Positions 59,599-64,000 of a DNA stretch of 64,000 nt are shown here, one piece after another. Each line of letters opens with the position of its first letter. Position 1 is the first letter of the stretch. The stretch lies in assembly GCA_016223245.1 (NCBI GenBank), contig JACRPL010000003.1, positions 74,078 through 138,077 of the forward strand. Direction: 5' to 3'. A model generated the notes under the pieces. The model was not told the DNA's origin. It saw nothing but the letters and a program-made list of their open reading frames with translations, and did not search any database. This stretch comes from Candidatus Saganbacteria bacterium. Its GTDB lineage: Bacteria > Margulisbacteria > WOR-1 > XYC2-FULL-46-14 > XYC2-FULL-37-10. A program made the translations under genes and the position numbers.

Positions 59599-61419
59599 AT
59601 GAGCGAATGCTGCGGTAAAGACGACAAGAAAACCATGCCTGCCGGCAGGCAGGTAAAAATAGACCTCACCGGGTTAAAAAAGATCGCGCTCGTCGGCAAT
59701 CCAAATGTCGGGAAAAGTGTTGTGTTTTCTCATCTTACCGGCGTATATGTTACGGTATCAAATTATCCCGGAACTACGGTCGAGATAACGCGAGGATCCG
59801 GCGTGATCGATGGAAAGAAGATCTCAATCATCGATACTCCCGGCATGAACAGTCTTATCCCTTCATCCGAGGACGAAAAGGTGTCAAGGGAGCTTCTGGA
59901 AGATGAACACCCGGACCTTGTAGTGCAAATTGCCGACGCAAAAAATCTAAAGCGCACTCTTCTTCTAACCTACGAATTAAAAGCCATGGGTTTTCCGATG
60001 ATATTGGTTTTAAATATGATGGATGAAGCTGAACAGAGGCGCATCGATATCGATGTGAAAAAACTGGAAGCGGTCCTTGATACAAAGATCATTAAAACCG
60101 TTGCGACGGACGGAGTAGGGATATGGGAACTTAAAGACGCGATAAAAGCAAAAACAGCGGTCAAACACGATTATAAAATAGATTGGTTGCCGTCAAGCCA
60201 TAAGGACGTAAAAGACCGCCACAATGAAGTTGTTAAAGTCTACGATCTTTCGGTTAAAAAAATGCCCCATAAGATACTATTCCTCGAGAGAATAGGCGAT
60301 CTTACAATGAGGCCGTTAACCGGCATTCCGATCCTGTTTCTTGTCCTATGGCTTATGTATCAGGTTGTGGGAGTCTGGGCGGCGGGGGACGGAGTAGGCT
60401 TTATGGAAAAGATTGTTTTTGGGAAATTCGTTAATCCAATCTCTATAAAAGTAATAACTGCAATTATTCCAATAAAGATCATTCAGGAATTTTTGGTTGG
60501 TGAATACGGGATTATTACAATGGCCCTAAGCTATGCTATTGCGATCATACTTCCCATCTTATCCGCTTTCTTTTTATTCTTTTCATTGCTGGAAGATTCC
60601 GGATATTTGCCCAGGCTTTCAATATTATTAAATAAATCTTTCAGGACTATAGGGCTTTCTGGCAAGGCTGTGATCCCAATGGTTTTGGGCCTTGGCTGTG
60701 ATACGATGGCTACAATGACAACGCGCACACTTGAAACCACAAAAGAAAGGGTCATTGCGACCCTGCTTTTGGCGCTCGCTGTCCCATGTTCGGCCCAGCT
60801 TGGCGTTATTTTGGGGCTTATTGGAGGCCTTTCCGCTAAAGCTACAATGATCTGGGCTGGTGTTGTGATCCTGATATTCTTTTTGGTGGGGTATCTCTCG
60901 GCGCGTGTAGTCCCCGGCAAATCATCGGATTTTATTATGGAGATCCCGCCGATCAGGATGCCAAAGTTGAAAAATATCTTTGTCAAAACTTTGGCCCGTA
61001 TCGAATGGTATTTGACGGAAGCTGTCCCACTGTTTATAGCGGGAACAGCCGCTTTATTTGTTTTGGATAAGACGCATGCCCTAAAAGCGATAGAAAACTT
61101 TGCAAGTCCGCTCGTTGTGAATTTTATGGGGCTTCCCGCTAAAGCGACCGAAGCGTTTTTGATCGGTTTTTTCAGGCGGGACTATGGGGCGGCCGGGCTA
61201 TATGCGCTCTCGCGAGCACATGAACTGGATCCCATCCAAACAGTCGTCAGTTTGGTCACGATCACTTTATTTGTCCCTTGTCTTGCGCAGTTTTTGGTTA
61301 TGGTAAAAGAAAGAGGCTTAAAGACCGCGTTATGGATAGTCGCATTTATTTTCCCGTTCGCTTTTCTTGTCGGCGGGATATTGAATTTTATTTTGCGTTA
61401 CTATAAAGTTGCGTTATGA
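59599..61419 (+). CDS. feoB: ferrous iron transporter FeoB
   Basis: 606 aa; N-terminal G-domain GNPNVGKS, DTPG; C-terminal multi-TM permease. Confidence 0.9.
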   Translation: MSECCGKDDKKTMPAGRQVKIDLTGLKKIALVGNPNVGKSVVFSHLTGVYVTVSNYPGTTVEITRGSGVIDGKKISIIDTPGMNSLIPSSEDEKVSRELLEDEHPDLVVQIADAKNLKRTLLLTYELKAMGFPMILVLNMMDEAEQRRIDIDVKKLEAVLDTKIIKTVATDGVGIWELKDAIKAKTAVKHDYKIDWLPSSHKDVKDRHNEVVKVYDLSVKKMPHKILFLERIGDLTMRPLTGIPILFLVLWLMYQVVGVWAAGDGVGFMEKIVFGKFVNPISIKVITAIIPIKIIQEFLVGEYGIITMALSYAIAIILPILSAFFLFFSLLEDSGYLPRLSILLNKSFRTIGLSGKAVIPMVLGLGCDTMATMTTRTLETTKERVIATLLLALAVPCSAQLGVILGLIGGLSAKATMIWAGVVILIFFLVGYLSARVVPGKSSDFIMEIPPIRMPKLKNIFVKTLARIEWYLTEAVPLFIAGTAALFVLDKTHALKAIENFASPLVVNFMGLPAKATEAFLIGFFRRDYGAAGLYALSRAHELDPIQTVVSLVTITLFVPCLAQFLVMVKERGLKTALWIVAFIFPFAFLVGGILNFILRYYKVAL

Positions 61420-61625
61420 AGTGCGCGCTGTGCGGCAAAGAATTTGAACCTAGCGCTACAGCATGCGCAAGCTGTCCCATGCACTCGGGCTGCGACCTTA
61501 TAAGATGCCCAAATTGCAGATATGAGTTCCCAAAAGAATCAAAAATTGTTGGTTTCTTTAGTAATTTGTTCGATTTTATAAGGAATAGGAAAAGGAGGAG
61601 GGAAAAATGTCCACCCAAGATATAG
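61416..61625 (+). CDS. small zinc-ribbon protein (FeoB-associated Cys-rich)
   Basis: 69 aa; CxxC...CxxC...CxxC. Confidence 0.4.
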   Translation: MKCALCGKEFEPSATACASCPMHSGCDLIRCPNCRYEFPKESKIVGFFSNLFDFIRNRKRRREKCPPKI

Positions 61626-62254
61626 ATGAAGTATTGGAAATAATCTGGATGCAGAGAGAATCGGGCAAATCGGATCTCTGCGTCATCAAAGAAGAGATCG
61701 AAACCGCAAGGCTCAAAGATGTGATCTTCGACATGAAAGACGATGGATTGCTTAAGATCGAGAATAAAAAGATCGCCTTTACGGAGATTGGAGAGAAAAA
61801 AGCGTCGGAATTGATAAGACGCCATCGGCTGGCCGAGAGGCTTTTGATCGATGTTATGGATGCGTCAAGAGAAGGAATAGAGGAACCCGCCTGCCAGTTC
61901 GAGCATATGGTGTCCGAGGAAGTAACAAATGCCATTTGCACACTGCTTGGGCATCCAAGATATTGTCCTCACAACTTATCGATACCTGTTGGAAAATGCT
62001 GCAAAGTTGCGGAACAACAATTGGAAAGCCTTCTTGTCCCATTAGATAAGATAGATGTCGGAGAGTGGGCGATTGTTTCATATGTATTGTCGCATTCAAA
62101 TCCGCGCCTTCACAAATTAATGTCTTTTGGCATTAACCCCGGGATTAAAATAAAAGTGCATCAAAAGTCACCAACTTATGTAATTCAAGTTGAAGAAACA
62201 CAAATTGCCCTCGAAAGCGATGTTGTACGCGATATCTATGTAAGGCGCACCTAG
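61607..62254 (+). CDS. DtxR-family metal-dependent repressor with C-terminal FeoA/SH3-like domain
   Basis: 215 aa; RRHRLAERLL DtxR helix; C-terminal FeoA-like (GEWAIVSYV...GINPGIKIKV). Confidence 0.8.
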   Translation: MSTQDIDEVLEIIWMQRESGKSDLCVIKEEIETARLKDVIFDMKDDGLLKIENKKIAFTEIGEKKASELIRRHRLAERLLIDVMDASREGIEEPACQFEHMVSEEVTNAICTLLGHPRYCPHNLSIPVGKCCKVAEQQLESLLVPLDKIDVGEWAIVSYVLSHSNPRLHKLMSFGINPGIKIKVHQKSPTYVIQVEETQIALESDVVRDIYVRRT

Positions 62255-62332
62255 AAAATACTACATCTAGCGTCTTGACAAAATCCGCGGCAAAAGTAAA
62301 ATGAATATCACTTATTACTTGGAGGTGTATTG

Positions 62333-64000
62333 ATGCAAAAGTTCCTGGAATCAATTAAAAAGCGAAACGGCAAGATAGTCCCATTTTCCGAAAAGAAGAT
62401 AGAAGAGGCCATTTCTAAAGCATTGGCTGTGGTGGGCGATGAAAGTTTACTCCTTGCAAAAAAAGTTGCGGAGAAAGTCCTCCACTCATTGAAAAAGAAA
62501 TTTGGCTTCAATATTCCGACCGTTGAACAGGTCCAAGATATTGTTGAAGCCGAACTTATATCCGAAGGGCTGGCCGATTGCGCTAAAGCTTATATCCTTT
62601 ATCGCAATAAAAGGTCTGAATTCCGCGAATCACAGGCGTTTATAAGGAAGATCGACGGCCTGGTACAGGGATATGTTTCGCAATCAGACTGGCGAGTTGC
62701 AGAAAACAGCAACGCTTCATATTCATTGTCAGGGCTTCAGGCCCATATTTCGGGGGCAGTTATTGCCGAATACACGCTCAAGTACATATATCCAGCGGAG
62801 ATCGGACAGGCCCACAGGAATGGCGATTTTCATATCCATGACCTGGGACTTGGCACATTTGCGGGATATTGCGCCGGATGGTCATTAAGGCAATTGTTGG
62901 AGATCGGATTTAACGGCGTCCATGGAAGAGTGTCGGCAAGCCCTGCAAAGCACTTCAATTCTGCATTAGGGCAGATAGTCAATTTCTTAGGAACAATGCA
63001 GAACGAATGGGCCGGGGCGCAAGCATTTTCATCGTTTGACACATATCTTGCGCCTTTAGCCGCAAAAGACGGCCTTAATTACAAAGAAATAAAACAAGCG
63101 ATCCAGGAATTTGTTTTTGCGATCAATGCAACAAGCAGATGGGGAAACCAGGTCCCATTCACGAATATCACCCTCGACTGGACTGTGCCCGAAGATATGA
63201 AAGATCAGCCAGTATTATACGGAGGGCAATATCTTCAAGATGAAACATACTCCAATTTCCAAGAACAAATGGATATGATAAATAAAGCTTTCATAGAGGT
63301 CATGATCAAAGGGGATATTAACGGCAGGATATTCACTTTCCCTATCCCTACATATAATATAACCACCGATTTTAATTGGGATTCGGAGAATGCTAATTTA
63401 CTTTTTGAAATGACGGCAAAGTATGGCATCCCATATTTCCAGAATTTCATCAACAGCAGCCTTAAGCCTTCGGATGTCCGCAGTATGTGCTGCAGGCTCC
63501 AACTCGATATGCGGGAATTAAAGAGCAAGACAGGCGGACTTTTCGGATCAGGCGAAAAGACAGGAAGCATAGGCGTTGTTACTGTCAACCTTCCGCGCCT
63601 TGGATTTTTATCCAAGACCGAAGAAGAATTCTTTGATCGCGCAGAAACTCTTCTTTATCTTGCAAAGGAATCACTGGAGATCAAGCGCAAAGAAGTCAAC
63701 AAAAATATGGAAGAAGGATTGCTCCCATGGTCTAAGAGGTATCTTGGGACCCTTAAGTTCCATTTTTCGACAATAGGCATAGTCGGTATGCACGAATGCT
63801 GCCTAAATTTTTTAGGAAAAGGCGTTGATACCCCCGCCGGCAAAGCGTTTGCGCACAAAGTGATGGATTTCTTCAGGGCAAAGATTATGGGATTCCAGGT
63901 TGAAACCGGGCATATATTCAATCTTGAAGCAACCCCCGCTGAAGGCACGGCTTACCGCTTGGCTAGGATAGATAAAAGGACACACCCGGAAATTATTACA
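62333..64000 (+). CDS. nrdD: anaerobic ribonucleoside-triphosphate reductase (class III), N-terminal 556 codons; continues beyond window
   Basis: GGAGGTG RBS; N-terminal ATP-cone (KIVPFSEKKIEEAISKA), conserved NrdD core; no stop before 64000. Confidence 0.85.
   Translation, partial: MQKFLESIKKRNGKIVPFSEKKIEEAISKALAVVGDESLLLAKKVAEKVLHSLKKKFGFNIPTVEQVQDIVEAELISEGLADCAKAYILYRNKRSEFRESQAFIRKIDGLVQGYVSQSDWRVAENSNASYSLSGLQAHISGAVIAEYTLKYIYPAEIGQAHRNGDFHIHDLGLGTFAGYCAGWSLRQLLEIGFNGVHGRVSASPAKHFNSALGQIVNFLGTMQNEWAGAQAFSSFDTYLAPLAAKDGLNYKEIKQAIQEFVFAINATSRWGNQVPFTNITLDWTVPEDMKDQPVLYGGQYLQDETYSNFQEQMDMINKAFIEVMIKGDINGRIFTFPIPTYNITTDFNWDSENANLLFEMTAKYGIPYFQNFINSSLKPSDVRSMCCRLQLDMRELKSKTGGLFGSGEKTGSIGVVTVNLPRLGFLSKTEEEFFDRAETLLYLAKESLEIKRKEVNKNMEEGLLPWSKRYLGTLKFHFSTIGIVGMHECCLNFLGKGVDTPAGKAFAHKVMDFFRAKIMGFQVETGHIFNLEATPAEGTAYRLARIDKRTHPEIIT

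Overview
This is a gene-dense, fairly AT-rich bacterial chromosomal window, most likely from an anaerobe. I recognise no rRNA genes or CRISPR arrays.

- **Left third (1-23.5 kb), nitrogen assimilation.** The genes are glutamine-dependent nadE, a GAF/sigma-54 (NifA-like) activator, three tandem amt-glnK (ammonium transporter / P-II) cassettes, a type III glutamine synthetase (glnN), glutamate synthase gltBD, and an nfnAB-like pair. Four sequences upstream of these genes match the sigma-54 -24/-12 promoter consensus, and each sits downstream of a TACA-N4-TGTA motif.
- **Middle (23.5-45 kb), accessory region.** It holds an MFS transporter, an LCP protein, an SSB, LarB and LarC, and an intact tRNA-Ser next to a truncated 5' copy of it, with a small GIY-YIG gene between the two. 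There are also three decayed copies of an IS5/IS1182-like insertion sequence, an AbiEi/AbiEii pair, a large visibly GC-richer tandem-MutS-domain ATPase, and mtnA.
- **Right third (45-64 kb), metal and stress.** The genes are copA, merT/merA-like, crp, zupT, RIC (YtfE-like), a ferredoxin, a decayed multihaem cytochrome, and fur with two near-perfect Fur boxes. These are followed by two outer-membrane proteins, feoB, a dtxR/FeoA-domain regulator, and the start of nrdD.

The most unusual signal is at least two families of short palindromic repeat elements that appear to be inserted in-frame into conserved genes (gltB, nfnB, copA, possibly larB), much like Rickettsia palindromic elements. One family is related to the IS end and carries an outward-facing sigma-54-like -24/-12 motif.
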